A DNA stretch of 64,000 bases from Acutalibacteraceae bacterium (lineage in GTDB: Bacteria; Bacillota; Clostridia; Oscillospirales; Acutalibacteraceae), in the NCBI GenBank assembly GCA_045536955.1, contig JAZSOM010000037.1, forward strand, positions 16,973 through 80,972, written 5' to 3'. Below, one piece after another: positions 19,474 through 28,790 of this stretch (position 1 is its first letter; each line of letters starts with the position of its first letter). The position numbers were made by a program, and so were the translations under genes. The notes under the pieces are model-generated. The model was not told the DNA's origin, did not search any database, and saw only the letters and a list, made by a program, of their open reading frames with translations.

Positions 19474-20165
19474 GTACTTACAGATATGACGGCATTAAGC
19501 CTGAAATACTTATGCTGCTGAGCGAAAACCGTTTCCGCAACAGTAAGGATTTTTATGAGGAAAATAAAAAGAGGATAAAAGATGGCATAACAATTCCGCT
19601 TCAGCAGATTATTTGTGCTCTTTCCGATACCATAATCGAAATAGATGAAGATATTCCGATTATTCCTCAAAAGATGGTGTCACGTGTCAGACGCGATACC
19701 CGTTATACCAAGGACAAGCATCTTTACAGAGAAAATCTCTGGACGATGTTTACAAGAGATAAGCACGGCTTGCCGCATTTTCCTTGTATGTGGTTTGAGG
19801 TTGCACAAAACGGTTATTCGGGCGGCGTCGGCACTTACTATGCGCCCCCCCGTATGATGGAACTTTTCCGTCAGGAAATTATTGCAAGACCCGACGATTT
19901 TTACGATGCCGTTATAATTGCAGAGCGTGGCGGCGCAACCTTTCACGGGGATTTTTATAAGCGACCCAAAGAAGGCTGTCCGATGCTTGTGCTTGAACCG
20001 TACTATAATTGTAAGAGCCTTTGTTTTATGTTCGATTTTCCGAATCTCAATGAGCTTGGAAATGCAGATTTTATCGAAAAAATCCGTCCGATTTATGCTT
20101 CGTTCAAGCCTATGTATGATTTTCTTCTTGATGTAGCAATCAGATATTCTGCAGAACAAGCGTAA
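19470..20165 (+). CDS. DUF2461 (TIGR02453) family protein
   Basis: RVRRDTRYTKDKHLY motif typical of the family. ATGA overlap with the upstream stop. Confidence 0.7.
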   Translation: MSTYRYDGIKPEILMLLSENRFRNSKDFYEENKKRIKDGITIPLQQIICALSDTIIEIDEDIPIIPQKMVSRVRRDTRYTKDKHLYRENLWTMFTRDKHGLPHFPCMWFEVAQNGYSGGVGTYYAPPRMMELFRQEIIARPDDFYDAVIIAERGGATFHGDFYKRPKEGCPMLVLEPYYNCKSLCFMFDFPNLNELGNADFIEKIRPIYASFKPMYDFLLDVAIRYSAEQA

Positions 20166-20176
20166 ATAAATTTTGA

Positions 20177-20205
20177 TTGACGGAACAAGAAAATTGTGCT
20201 AATAT
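20177..20205 (+). promoter_or_regulatory. sigma-A type promoter
   Basis: TTGACG (20177-20182), 17-nt spacer, TGc-TAATAT (20197-20205). Confidence 0.5.
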
Positions 20206-20237
20206 AACAATTAATATCCCTAAAGGAGGATTTTGTT

Positions 20238-21746
20238 ATGAAAAATACCGTAAAAAAACTCTCATGTATTGCAATGAGTGTGGTTATGCTGTTTTCGTTT
20301 TGCGTTGTCGGCTTTGCCGCTGATACCGATGTCGATTATACTATAACCAACCCCTATGCAAGCGTCAATTTCGACACATACAAGGCTTACAAGGCTGATC
20401 TTCACAGCCATACAACCTTCAGTGATGGCAATGATTCTCTGCCTGAGCAGGTTGAAAGACACTACGAGCTTGGCTTTGATATCTATGCAAGAACCGACCA
20501 CAGCACAGTTTCTTACGGCTATAAGGTACACGACTATGTTCCTGCAATGAAGATTCTCGGTCTTATCAAGAACGGTGTTCTCGGCGGTGAAGTTCTTTCA
20601 GAGAGTGGTACAGCAGCAAACGGCAATACATACACAGTTACGACTACCGATTCAGGTGACGAGTATTACGCACAGGCTGGCGGTAAAGATATGCTTTCCG
20701 TTCCTTTCGGCAACGAGCAGAACGGTACATCATTCACAAATTCTCACGTAAACACATGGTTTGTTGACTACGGTAACGGCAGACTTGGCGGCACAGCAGA
20801 GTACGAGAGCGTTATTAAAGACGTTCACGAAAAGGGCGGTCTTTCTGTTATCAACCATCCCGGTGAGTATACAAACGCACGTGACGAAGTTTATACAGCA
20901 GATGCATATAATAAGGACGACGTCATGTATAACTACAAAATCAAGAAGTTTGAGAGTCTTCTTCTTAAATATGACAGCTGTATCGGTATAGACATCAACA
21001 GTAAGGGTGACAGCAGAACACGCTTTGACAGAAAGCTCTGGGATATTATGCTTGCAGACATTATTCCTAACGGCAGAAACGTATTTGCTATTGCAACATC
21101 TGATGCTCACAACCTCGATATCGTTGATTCCGGCTATACAATGCATTATATGGAATCCCTTACCTCCGAAAACCTCAAGAAAAATATGCAGGAAGGCGCT
21201 TTCTTTGCAGCAAGTAAGTATGTAGGTAACTTCGACGAGCTTGTAACTCTCCGCGACGAGCTTAAGGCTATCGGTGGCGAGGAAGCACTTGCTTTTGCAG
21301 CTCAGCTCGATGCTATTATCGCACAGAGCGAAATCGAAATGGCTGAAGGTGACGACGGTCAGAAGTATGAAGCTCCCGAAGGCGCTGCAAGACCTCTTTT
21401 CACAAATGTAACTGTTGACGAAACAGAGGATACAATTGCTATGCAGGCTGATAATGCACTTGTTATCCACTGGATTGCAAACGGTAAGGTTATCCATGTT
21501 GGCGATACAATTGACCTTGACGATTACTCCGATGAAATCGGCAGCTATGTCCGTGCAGAAGCTTACGGTACAGGCGGTGTCTGCTATTCACAGGCATTCG
21601 TTCTCGATTACGACGGTGCTCCCGAAGCACAGGATATGGGCTTCTTCTTTGATTGGGGCGTAATTGCAAGCTTTATTTGCGATAATCTTGTTAAGTTCCT
21701 TCTTGGTATCCTTCCCCTCAATCTTATCGCTGAAATCTTTGGTTAA
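20238..21746 (+). CDS. secreted PHP-domain phosphoesterase-like protein with a C-terminal hydrophobic anchor
   Basis: Signal peptide (LSCIAMSVVMLFSFCVVGFAA), PHP motifs DLHSHTTFSDG, ARTDHS, VINHPGE and ATSDAHN, hydrophobic C-terminus. AAAGGAGG RBS. Confidence 0.6.
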   Translation: MKNTVKKLSCIAMSVVMLFSFCVVGFAADTDVDYTITNPYASVNFDTYKAYKADLHSHTTFSDGNDSLPEQVERHYELGFDIYARTDHSTVSYGYKVHDYVPAMKILGLIKNGVLGGEVLSESGTAANGNTYTVTTTDSGDEYYAQAGGKDMLSVPFGNEQNGTSFTNSHVNTWFVDYGNGRLGGTAEYESVIKDVHEKGGLSVINHPGEYTNARDEVYTADAYNKDDVMYNYKIKKFESLLLKYDSCIGIDINSKGDSRTRFDRKLWDIMLADIIPNGRNVFAIATSDAHNLDIVDSGYTMHYMESLTSENLKKNMQEGAFFAASKYVGNFDELVTLRDELKAIGGEEALAFAAQLDAIIAQSEIEMAEGDDGQKYEAPEGAARPLFTNVTVDETEDTIAMQADNALVIHWIANGKVIHVGDTIDLDDYSDEIGSYVRAEAYGTGGVCYSQAFVLDYDGAPEAQDMGFFFDWGVIASFICDNLVKFLLGILPLNLIAEIFG

Positions 21747-21761
21747 TAACTGATTTTAAAC

Positions 21762-21802
21762 AAAAACCGCTTTGCTTGATTACTCAGGCAAAGCGGTTTT
21801 TT
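21762..21802. terminator. bidirectional intrinsic terminator
   Basis: Stem CCGCTTTGC (21767-21775) / GCAAAGCGG (21788-21796), flanked by an A-run and a T-run. Confidence 0.85.
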
Positions 21803-21813
21803 GTTGTTGTGTT

Positions 21814-22428
21814 TTATTTGAGTGGTTCAAAATCCGATGCGGGGTGCTTGCACCACGGGCATACAAAATCGGGCGGTAATTCTTCACCCTCGTGTACGTA
21901 GCCGCATATTTTGCATACGTAACCCTTTTTCTTGGGCGTTTCAGGCTTTGGCTTGATGTTCGCAAAGTAGTATGCGTAAGTAACGCTCGGCTCGGTGTTG
22001 ATTACCTCTGCCTGAGTTATCTGGGCAATGAACATAAGATGTGTACCGCAATCTATTTCCTGCTTGACTTCTGCCTCAAAAAATGCGTTACAGTTTTCAG
22101 TCAGGTAGGGCAGACCGCCGTTTGTAAGCGAATATCCGCTGAAATCGTTGAACTTGTCGGTGTCTCTGCCGCTGCGAAATCCAAAGTGCTCAAATATTGT
22201 AAACGGAGTGCTTGTTGTGAGAATGCTGACAGCAAATCTTTTTGTTTTGCTGATTATTTCTGCGGTGTAGTTTGCTTTGTTGACGCATACGCAAAGCTGA
22301 CCGGGTTTTTCCGTTACCTGCATACAGGTGTTGATAATACATCCGTTTGCTTTTGTGCCGTCGTTTGTGGTAAGGACGAAGAGTCCATATGAAAGATTGT
22401 ATAAAGCTTTTTTATCTATTTCGACCAT
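21814..22428 (-). CDS. flavin reductase-like domain fused to a rubredoxin domain (Hrb-like)
   Basis: N-terminal flavin-reductase-like domain plus a C-terminal rubredoxin with two CxxC pairs (CKICGY ... CPWCKH). The ATG at 22428 lies 7 nt after AGGAGG. Confidence 0.85.
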   Translation of the reverse strand: MVEIDKKALYNLSYGLFVLTTNDGTKANGCIINTCMQVTEKPGQLCVCVNKANYTAEIISKTKRFAVSILTTSTPFTIFEHFGFRSGRDTDKFNDFSGYSLTNGGLPYLTENCNAFFEAEVKQEIDCGTHLMFIAQITQAEVINTEPSVTYAYYFANIKPKPETPKKKGYVCKICGYVHEGEELPPDFVCPWCKHPASDFEPLK

Positions 22429-22451
22429 GAAAATGCCTCCTTTTTGTTTGT

Positions 22452-22480
22452 ATATTAACATATCTTAGGCTTGCAGGCAA
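22452..22480 (-). promoter_or_regulatory. sigma-A type promoter for the Hrb-like gene
   Basis: Minus strand reads TTGCCT, 17-nt spacer, TGt-TAATAT. Confidence 0.5.
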
Positions 22481-22661
22481 TATTTTTGATTGTTTTAAGC
22501 TTGAAGAATTATTATTACCGTACAGTAAGAATGATATTCAATATTTATTTAGGTTTTAATGAATCGGTATGCTACGACCTGAGTATTTTTATTTAATATT
22601 ATATACATCTGTGATTATTTGTGGTATAATTACTCAAACTGTTGATAAAGGCGGTGCATTT

Positions 22662-23348
22662 GTGAGACTTCTTCTCGCTGAAGATGAAAGAGAGTTGTCA
22701 AATGCAATAGTGGCAATTCTTAAACATAATAATTATTCCGTTGATGCTGTTTATGACGGCAGAGCAGCACTTGATTGGGCTATGACCGGTAATTATGACG
22801 TCATACTTCTTGATCTTATGATGCCTGAAATGAACGGACTTGACGTGCTGAGAGAGCTTCGCTTCAACGGTATCGGAACACCTGTAATGATTCTTACAGC
22901 CAAAGCTGAAGTTGAAGACAGAATAATAGGGCTTGATGCAGGTGCGGACGATTATCTGCCAAAGCCGTTTGCAATGGGTGAGCTGCTTGCTCGTGTTCGT
23001 GCAATGACGCGCCGTACGGTCGGCTATACATCCAACGTTCTTTCTTTCGGAAACACTGTTCTTAACCGCGAAACCTATGAGCTTAGCTGCGGAGAAGAAA
23101 GCATCAGGCTTGCAGGTAAGGAATATCAGATGATAGAGATGCTTATGGCAAATCCGAACAGGCTCATCTCCGCTGATCAGTTTATGGAACGCATCTGGGG
23201 ATATGATTCAGAAACTGAAAACAGTGTTGTTTGGGTCTATATATCAAATATTCGTAAAAAGCTGGCTAAAATCGGTGCTGACTTTGAGATAAAGGCAGCG
23301 AGAAACGCAGGTTATTACATTGAAGATAAAAGGGGCGGCGACAAATGA
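22662..23348 (+). CDS. OmpR-family response regulator
   Basis: Receiver domain (LLAEDE, LLDLMMPEMNG) plus a winged-helix domain. The GTG at 22662 is preferred because a TGg-TATAAT at 22622-22630 lies inside the tracked N-terminal extension. Confidence 0.9.
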   Translation: MRLLLAEDERELSNAIVAILKHNNYSVDAVYDGRAALDWAMTGNYDVILLDLMMPEMNGLDVLRELRFNGIGTPVMILTAKAEVEDRIIGLDAGADDYLPKPFAMGELLARVRAMTRRTVGYTSNVLSFGNTVLNRETYELSCGEESIRLAGKEYQMIEMLMANPNRLISADQFMERIWGYDSETENSVVWVYISNIRKKLAKIGADFEIKAARNAGYYIEDKRGGDK

Positions 23349-24607
23349 TAAAACAGCTGCGCCGCAGATTTGTTGTTTCAATTATGGCATCTGCGCTTGT
23401 TCTGCTTGTCGGCGTTCTTGTTTCGATAAATTTGTTGGTTATATTTGTTATTGACAATTCTACGACCTACACGCTCGAGGGCATAGCTCGAAACGACGGT
23501 GTTGCAATTGATGTTTCGTCCGATTACAGGACAAATGTGCTCAACTATTTCAATCCTCAATACGATTCTAATTTGCTTGGTGCTGAGGTTTCTTACACCT
23601 CGAGATTTTTTTACGTCAGATTTACTGACGGTGGCAGAGTTGTTACAGTTAATACAGATAACGCTGCAACCGTAACCGGTGAGCGCGCAAAGGAATTTGC
23701 CGATATTGCTCTGGAAAAGAACAAACCGAACGGATATGTCAAGGGTTCTTATAAATTTCTTATCAGCGAATCCGAATATAACGGTACCACCGTTTACTTT
23801 ATGGATATAACAGATATGTATATATCGGTAGGACTTATGGTTACGGCATCGGCGATTATCGGTATTGTTGGTTGGTTAGGACTGCTCCTGATAGTTATTG
23901 TTATGTCTAAACGTGCTGTACGCCCGATCGTTGAGAATACAGTAAGACAAAAGCAGTTTATAACCGATGCAGGTCACGAACTCAAAACACCGCTTGCGAT
24001 CATTTCCGCAAACACCGAAGTGCTGGAGATGATGTACGGAGAGAATGAATGGCTCACGTCAATTCATCACCAGACGGACCGTTTGTCATCTCTCATTAAA
24101 AATCTTCTTGTTCTTTCAAAGGCTGAGGAAAAAACGCATAAAGAAAGTTTTTCCGATGTGCCGATAAGTGACATCGTGTCTGCAACCGTTGCTTCATTTT
24201 CGGCTGTTGCACAACGTTCACAAAAGCGACTGTACGCCGAAGTGCAACCGGCACTTAACGTATGGGGCAACGAAAAATCAATAGCTGAGGTTGCAAATAT
24301 TTTGCTTGATAATGCTGTAAAATATGCTCCGGAAGGCTCTAAAATTGAGCTGAATCTCTTCCGTAAAGGAAGACAGGTTATTCTTGAAACAACTAATGCT
24401 CTGACTCCGGGTGTAGAAGTGGATACAGACAGACTGTTTGACAGGTTTTACAGGTCTGAACAATCGCGTTCGCGACAGACGGGCGGCTATGGGATCGGAC
24501 TTTCAATTGCAGATGCGATTGCGAAATCGCACAAAGCTTCAATAAATGCACAGACAGCAAACGGAATGATAACATTTACAGTTGTGTTCAAACTGTTAGA
24601 AAACTGA
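23345..24607 (+). CDS. sensor histidine kinase
   Basis: Two TM helices flanking a ~130-aa outer loop, H-box DAGHELKTPL, HATPase G-boxes (GYGIGLSIA). ATGA overlap with the response regulator. Confidence 0.9.
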   Translation: MIKQLRRRFVVSIMASALVLLVGVLVSINLLVIFVIDNSTTYTLEGIARNDGVAIDVSSDYRTNVLNYFNPQYDSNLLGAEVSYTSRFFYVRFTDGGRVVTVNTDNAATVTGERAKEFADIALEKNKPNGYVKGSYKFLISESEYNGTTVYFMDITDMYISVGLMVTASAIIGIVGWLGLLLIVIVMSKRAVRPIVENTVRQKQFITDAGHELKTPLAIISANTEVLEMMYGENEWLTSIHHQTDRLSSLIKNLLVLSKAEEKTHKESFSDVPISDIVSATVASFSAVAQRSQKRLYAEVQPALNVWGNEKSIAEVANILLDNAVKYAPEGSKIELNLFRKGRQVILETTNALTPGVEVDTDRLFDRFYRSEQSRSRQTGGYGIGLSIADAIAKSHKASINAQTANGMITFTVVFKLLEN

Positions 24608-24620
24608 TAGGAGAATAGAT

Positions 24621-26831
24621 ATGAACAAACTTTGGTACAAAAAACAAGCAGCTCTTTGGAATGAGGCGCTTCCCATCGGAAACGGACACACAGGCGTTAT
24701 GATTTACGGTGGACGCAAGAACGAAACTCTCTGCTTTAATGACGTAACACTTTGGTCAGGTTATCCTCAGGACCAGAATAATCCTAAGAGCCTTGAAAGA
24801 CTTGCAAAGGTACGCGAACTTATTTTTGCAGGTAAGATGGATGAAGCTCACGATATAGTCGAAAATGAGATGGACGGCGGTTACAGCGAAGCTTATATGC
24901 CCCTTGGTGATCTTAAAATCAAGTTCGGCACAAAGTGCACAAGAGGCTACCGTCGAGAGCTTGATATAGACAATGCAGTACATACAGTATCTATGAACGG
25001 TGAAGTTCGTACAGCGTTTGCTTCAAATCCCGATGACGTTGTTGTATACAGAATGAAGGCTGATAAGGCTACTGATGTCGTGTTTGAGGTGAAGTCAAAG
25101 CTCAAGGCAACAGGCTTTGTAAATGACGGTGTTCTCTGCCTTGCAGGTAATGCACCCGATGTTGCTATGCCCAGTTATCTCGGCAAAATCCCCAATGCTG
25201 TTATGTACGACCAGGGTAAGGCTATGGCTTTCTGCCTTGCTGTCAAGGTTGTTACCGACGGTGAGGTCAGCGACAACGGCAAGAAAATCACTGTTAAAAA
25301 GGCGAAGAATATCACTGTTTATGCTACAACCAAAACAGGCTTCCTCGGCTATGATAAGATGCCCGAAACCGACAGAGAGAAGGTTGTTGCTCAGTGCATT
25401 GCAGCCCTTAACGCTGTTAAGACAGATTATGACGAGCTTCTCAGCCGCCATATCGCAGACTATAAGTCGATTTTTGAAAGACAGACTTTCTCAATCGGCG
25501 GCAACAGCGAAATCAGCACCGTTGAGCTGCTTAAAACAGCTAAGAAGGGTGCTCCCGACCCGAAGCTTGTCGAGCTATTTTATAACTTCGGTAAATATCT
25601 TATGATTGCAGGCAGCCGTAAGGGTGGCCAGCCGCTTAATCTTCAGGGTATCTGGAATGCAAGAGTACGTCCGCCGTGGAGCAGTAACTATACCGTTAAT
25701 ATCAATACAGAAATGAATTACTGGCCTGCAACTTCAAGCAATATGGCTGAGTGTGCAGAGCCGCTTGTAAATATGGTTTACGAGCTTATGCAGCAGGGTA
25801 GGGAGACTGCAAAGGTAAACTACGGCTGCAAAGGTGCTTGCTGTAACCACAACTCCGACCTATGGCGTAAAACTTCTCCCGTACAGGGCGGTCCCTGCTT
25901 TATGTATGCTCCTCTCTGCGGTGCATGGCTTGTTAACGAGGTCTATACCCACTACAAAAACGGCGGCCTCGATGAGTATAAAGATAAGATTTTCTATTCT
26001 GTCAAGGCTTCTGCAGAGTTTATCAACGATTATCTTGTTGAGCATAACGGCGAATATGTAATTGCTCCCTCAACTTCACCTGAAAATGAATACAAGTTCA
26101 ACGGCAAGGCTATTGCTGTCGACTATGCATGTGCGTTTGATATGGCTGTTGCAAAGGCAGGTATGCTCGCATATCTCGACTTCGAGTCCGAGGGTGAGCT
26201 TGCAGAGCAGATTAAAGAGAAGCTTGCTAAGCTCCGTCCCAATAAACGTGACAGTTACGGCATTATGGAGTGGTCTGAGGAGCGTGAGCTTCACGAGCCC
26301 GGTCACAGACATTTCTCACCGCTCTACGGTCTCTATCCGTCAAATACAATCAAGTATTACGAGAATGAGACAGAGCGCGAGTGGGTGCGTGAGCTTTACC
26401 ACTTCCGTAAGAAGAATTGGGAGCGTTATATAGGCTGGTCTGCCGCATGGGCAATCTGCCTTGCAGGTACACTCCATGAGCCCGATACAGCTCAAGAGAT
26501 TATCGCAAATATGCTCACTTATTCCGTATTCTCCAACCTTTTCGATACACATCCGCCTTATCTCTTCCAGATTGACGGTAACTTCGGCTTTGTTGCAGGT
26601 GTCAATTCACTTCTCCTTTACAGTGAAAACGGCAAAGCAGAGCTTCTTCCCGCTCTTCCGTCAGCTTGGAAAAACGGCGAAGTCACAAATCTTGTAACAG
26701 ACGGCGTACAGCTTTCCTTCAAGTGGGAAAACGGCAAGGTTGTATCAGTTTCAGCTGATAAGCCCATCACCGTTATGAACTTGAACCTCGCAGAAAACTG
26801 CGAAATCGGTGCAAACGTAACAGTAGAATAA
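24621..26831 (+). CDS. glycoside hydrolase family 95 (alpha-L-fucosidase type), no signal peptide
   Basis: GH95 N-terminal pattern LWYKKQAALWNEALPIGNGHTGVMIYGG ... NDVTLWSG. The size (736 aa) fits the family. Confidence 0.85.
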   Translation: MNKLWYKKQAALWNEALPIGNGHTGVMIYGGRKNETLCFNDVTLWSGYPQDQNNPKSLERLAKVRELIFAGKMDEAHDIVENEMDGGYSEAYMPLGDLKIKFGTKCTRGYRRELDIDNAVHTVSMNGEVRTAFASNPDDVVVYRMKADKATDVVFEVKSKLKATGFVNDGVLCLAGNAPDVAMPSYLGKIPNAVMYDQGKAMAFCLAVKVVTDGEVSDNGKKITVKKAKNITVYATTKTGFLGYDKMPETDREKVVAQCIAALNAVKTDYDELLSRHIADYKSIFERQTFSIGGNSEISTVELLKTAKKGAPDPKLVELFYNFGKYLMIAGSRKGGQPLNLQGIWNARVRPPWSSNYTVNINTEMNYWPATSSNMAECAEPLVNMVYELMQQGRETAKVNYGCKGACCNHNSDLWRKTSPVQGGPCFMYAPLCGAWLVNEVYTHYKNGGLDEYKDKIFYSVKASAEFINDYLVEHNGEYVIAPSTSPENEYKFNGKAIAVDYACAFDMAVAKAGMLAYLDFESEGELAEQIKEKLAKLRPNKRDSYGIMEWSEERELHEPGHRHFSPLYGLYPSNTIKYYENETEREWVRELYHFRKKNWERYIGWSAAWAICLAGTLHEPDTAQEIIANMLTYSVFSNLFDTHPPYLFQIDGNFGFVAGVNSLLLYSENGKAELLPALPSAWKNGEVTNLVTDGVQLSFKWENGKVVSVSADKPITVMNLNLAENCEIGANVTVE

Positions 26832-26850
26832 TAATTCAATAAATAACACA

Positions 26851-26878
26851 ACAGGCTTCTGCATTAGCGGAAGCCTGT
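26851..26878 (+). terminator. hairpin after GH95 (weak U-tract)
   Basis: Stem ACAGGCTTC / GAAGCCTGT, followed by AAATTTATTATT. Confidence 0.5.
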
Positions 26879-26966
26879 AAATTTATTATTCAAAATTTAT
26901 GTGAGAATTTTCGCTTTCTTATCCGTCAAATAGATGAAAAGGCTTTTTCAAAAGGAGGGTAAAAAT

Positions 26967-27524
26967 ATGGAGGTTGATATCAACAGTTATGAAAATTATC
27001 TTAATGGTGATGACTCGGCTTTTGCGGATATAGTGCGTGAATATGCCGACGGGTTGATGCTGTATATCAACAGCTTCACCCGCAATATCCACGTAGCCGA
27101 AGAGTTGACGGAAGAGGTGTTTTTTAAGCTTGCCGTTAAAAAACCGCATTTCAAAAAACAAAGTAGCTTCAAAACCTGGCTCTATGCCATAGGGCGTAAT
27201 ACAGCACTTGATTATCTTAGAAAAGAATCAAATTACGCCGTAACAAATATCGAAGAGCTTAAAGATACGCAAAAGGAAGAAGAAAGTGTTGAGCAGCTCT
27301 ATCTTAAAGAAGAGCAAAAAGTCAGGCTACATACCTGCTTGAAGTCGCTCAAACCTGAGTATTCACAGGTGTTGTACCTTGTGTTTTTTGAAGGATTTGA
27401 TAACTCTCAGACATCACGCATTATGAAAAAGAGCAAACGTCAGACCGAAAATCTTATCTACCGTGCCAAGGCGGCACTGAAATCAAAGCTTGAAAAGGAG
27501 GGATTTGAATATGAAAACATATGA
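26967..27524 (+). CDS. ECF-type RNA polymerase sigma-70 family factor
   Basis: Region 2 (AEELTEEVFFKL) and region 4 HTH (SQTSRIMKKSKRQTENLIYRAKAAL). The ATG at 26967 lies 7 nt after AGGAGGG. Confidence 0.85.
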   Translation: MEVDINSYENYLNGDDSAFADIVREYADGLMLYINSFTRNIHVAEELTEEVFFKLAVKKPHFKKQSSFKTWLYAIGRNTALDYLRKESNYAVTNIEELKDTQKEEESVEQLYLKEEQKVRLHTCLKSLKPEYSQVLYLVFFEGFDNSQTSRIMKKSKRQTENLIYRAKAALKSKLEKEGFEYENI

Positions 27525-28746
27525 GGAAATTGCAAAGAACGCACTTGACAGACGTGATGAGTACATAAAAATTAAAAGGAAGAAGATTAAAATAACAGCT
27601 TGCGCCTGCAGCGTTGCCTTTGTTGCGCTTGCAGGTTTGGGTGTATGGAAAAGCGGCTTTTTCGTTGCTAAGCCGATTCAGGGCGAAGAAACAACAGTAT
27701 CTACAAAAGTTGAGCCTACACTTACCCCTGCCGACCCCGATAATTCCATTGCCTGCGGGGGTGAAGATTACGGCTGGTTCAATGCGTACAGCGATGTTCT
27801 TTACTCAATAAATAGCGGTCTTATAGATTATATCAAAGAAGAATGTAACGTAGATTATGTGCAGTGGAGTGAGTCGAGAAAGCCGTTGCTTCTGGCGACA
27901 AAATATGACTTGTCAGACCCCGAGTGTCTGCCGAGTTTATCAGAAGCAATCAAAACCTTTAATGTACCTGAGCAAATTATCAAGGATGAATATGGCTTTT
28001 CTGATGAGGAAATAGATGCATTATATTCGGGTGAACTCAAGGATATAAGCAGAGTTTTTCCTGCGGACAATGCAATTATCCACAACGGCAGAGCTTTTGC
28101 CCCCAAGTGGTATCTTAATGCCACCGATGAAGAGCTGGCACGATACGGGATTTCACGTAAGACCGTAACCGATAAAGCGATTTCTTTTGTTTGCAATTCT
28201 GCGGGCGGTTATATGAGGTATATGGCATTTACTACGTATTTTAAAGGCGGATTTATCAGTGATATAAAACAGGCTTCTCCGAAGTATTATTCTCCTGAAC
28301 TTTATGACAACAAAACGTGGGCCAATGCTCAGGCAACTGAGTATTTCGGCAAAGATTTTTCAGCTCTTTCTTTTATGCCGGACAGCCTTTGTTTCAAAGG
28401 CAATGATGAGCATAAAGTTATTTTTGACAAAAACGGTAAGGTTGAAAAAGATTCATGTTATTTTAGGTATGATAACGGCGACAGCGGCTGTGTTGTAACC
28501 TTATCCGTATCCAAAACAGGAGCGCCCTACGACTGTGTGTATGTTTCCGAGCAGAATGTTGAAGCCGTACAGTTTATATCATCTGGTGTGTATGTTAGAT
28601 TTTATCTTGATTCAGTAGGAAAGGATACAGTAAATCGGCTCTGCGTTGCCGATTTTGAAAAGGAAGGTATATATTATAGATTACAAGCCGAATATGTGGA
28701 GTTTGACAAATTCTGCAATATATTAATCGGTATAATAAACCTGTAA
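27511..28746 (+). CDS. membrane protein co-transcribed with the sigma factor (putative anti-sigma or partner)
   Basis: Overlaps the sigma gene by 14 nt. Short cytoplasmic N-terminus, one TM helix (ACACSVAFVALAGLGVW) and a large outer domain. No zf-HC2 motif seen. Confidence 0.5.
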   Translation: MKTYEEIAKNALDRRDEYIKIKRKKIKITACACSVAFVALAGLGVWKSGFFVAKPIQGEETTVSTKVEPTLTPADPDNSIACGGEDYGWFNAYSDVLYSINSGLIDYIKEECNVDYVQWSESRKPLLLATKYDLSDPECLPSLSEAIKTFNVPEQIIKDEYGFSDEEIDALYSGELKDISRVFPADNAIIHNGRAFAPKWYLNATDEELARYGISRKTVTDKAISFVCNSAGGYMRYMAFTTYFKGGFISDIKQASPKYYSPELYDNKTWANAQATEYFGKDFSALSFMPDSLCFKGNDEHKVIFDKNGKVEKDSCYFRYDNGDSGCVVTLSVSKTGAPYDCVYVSEQNVEAVQFISSGVYVRFYLDSVGKDTVNRLCVADFEKEGIYYRLQAEYVEFDKFCNILIGIINL

Positions 28747-28790
28747 AATTTCCGTAGAGGCGACCCTCTGTGGTCACCCGAATAAAAACC

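Noticed and set aside
19845-19851. A C7 homopolymer inside the DUF2461 gene (GCG CCC CCC CGT), a possible slipped-strand phase-variation tract.
   Set aside because: It is short, in frame and encodes an ordinary A-P-P-R. There is no evidence of alternative frames with ORF potential, and DUF2461 is not a typical contingency gene.
22569-22661. A hydrophobic 31-aa N-terminal extension of the response regulator in the tracked ORF, which would make it membrane-anchored.
   Set aside because: A TGg-TATAAT -10 element (22622-22630) lies inside the extension. A GTG at 22662 preceded by AAAGG gives a canonical receiver-domain N-terminus (VRLLLAEDE).
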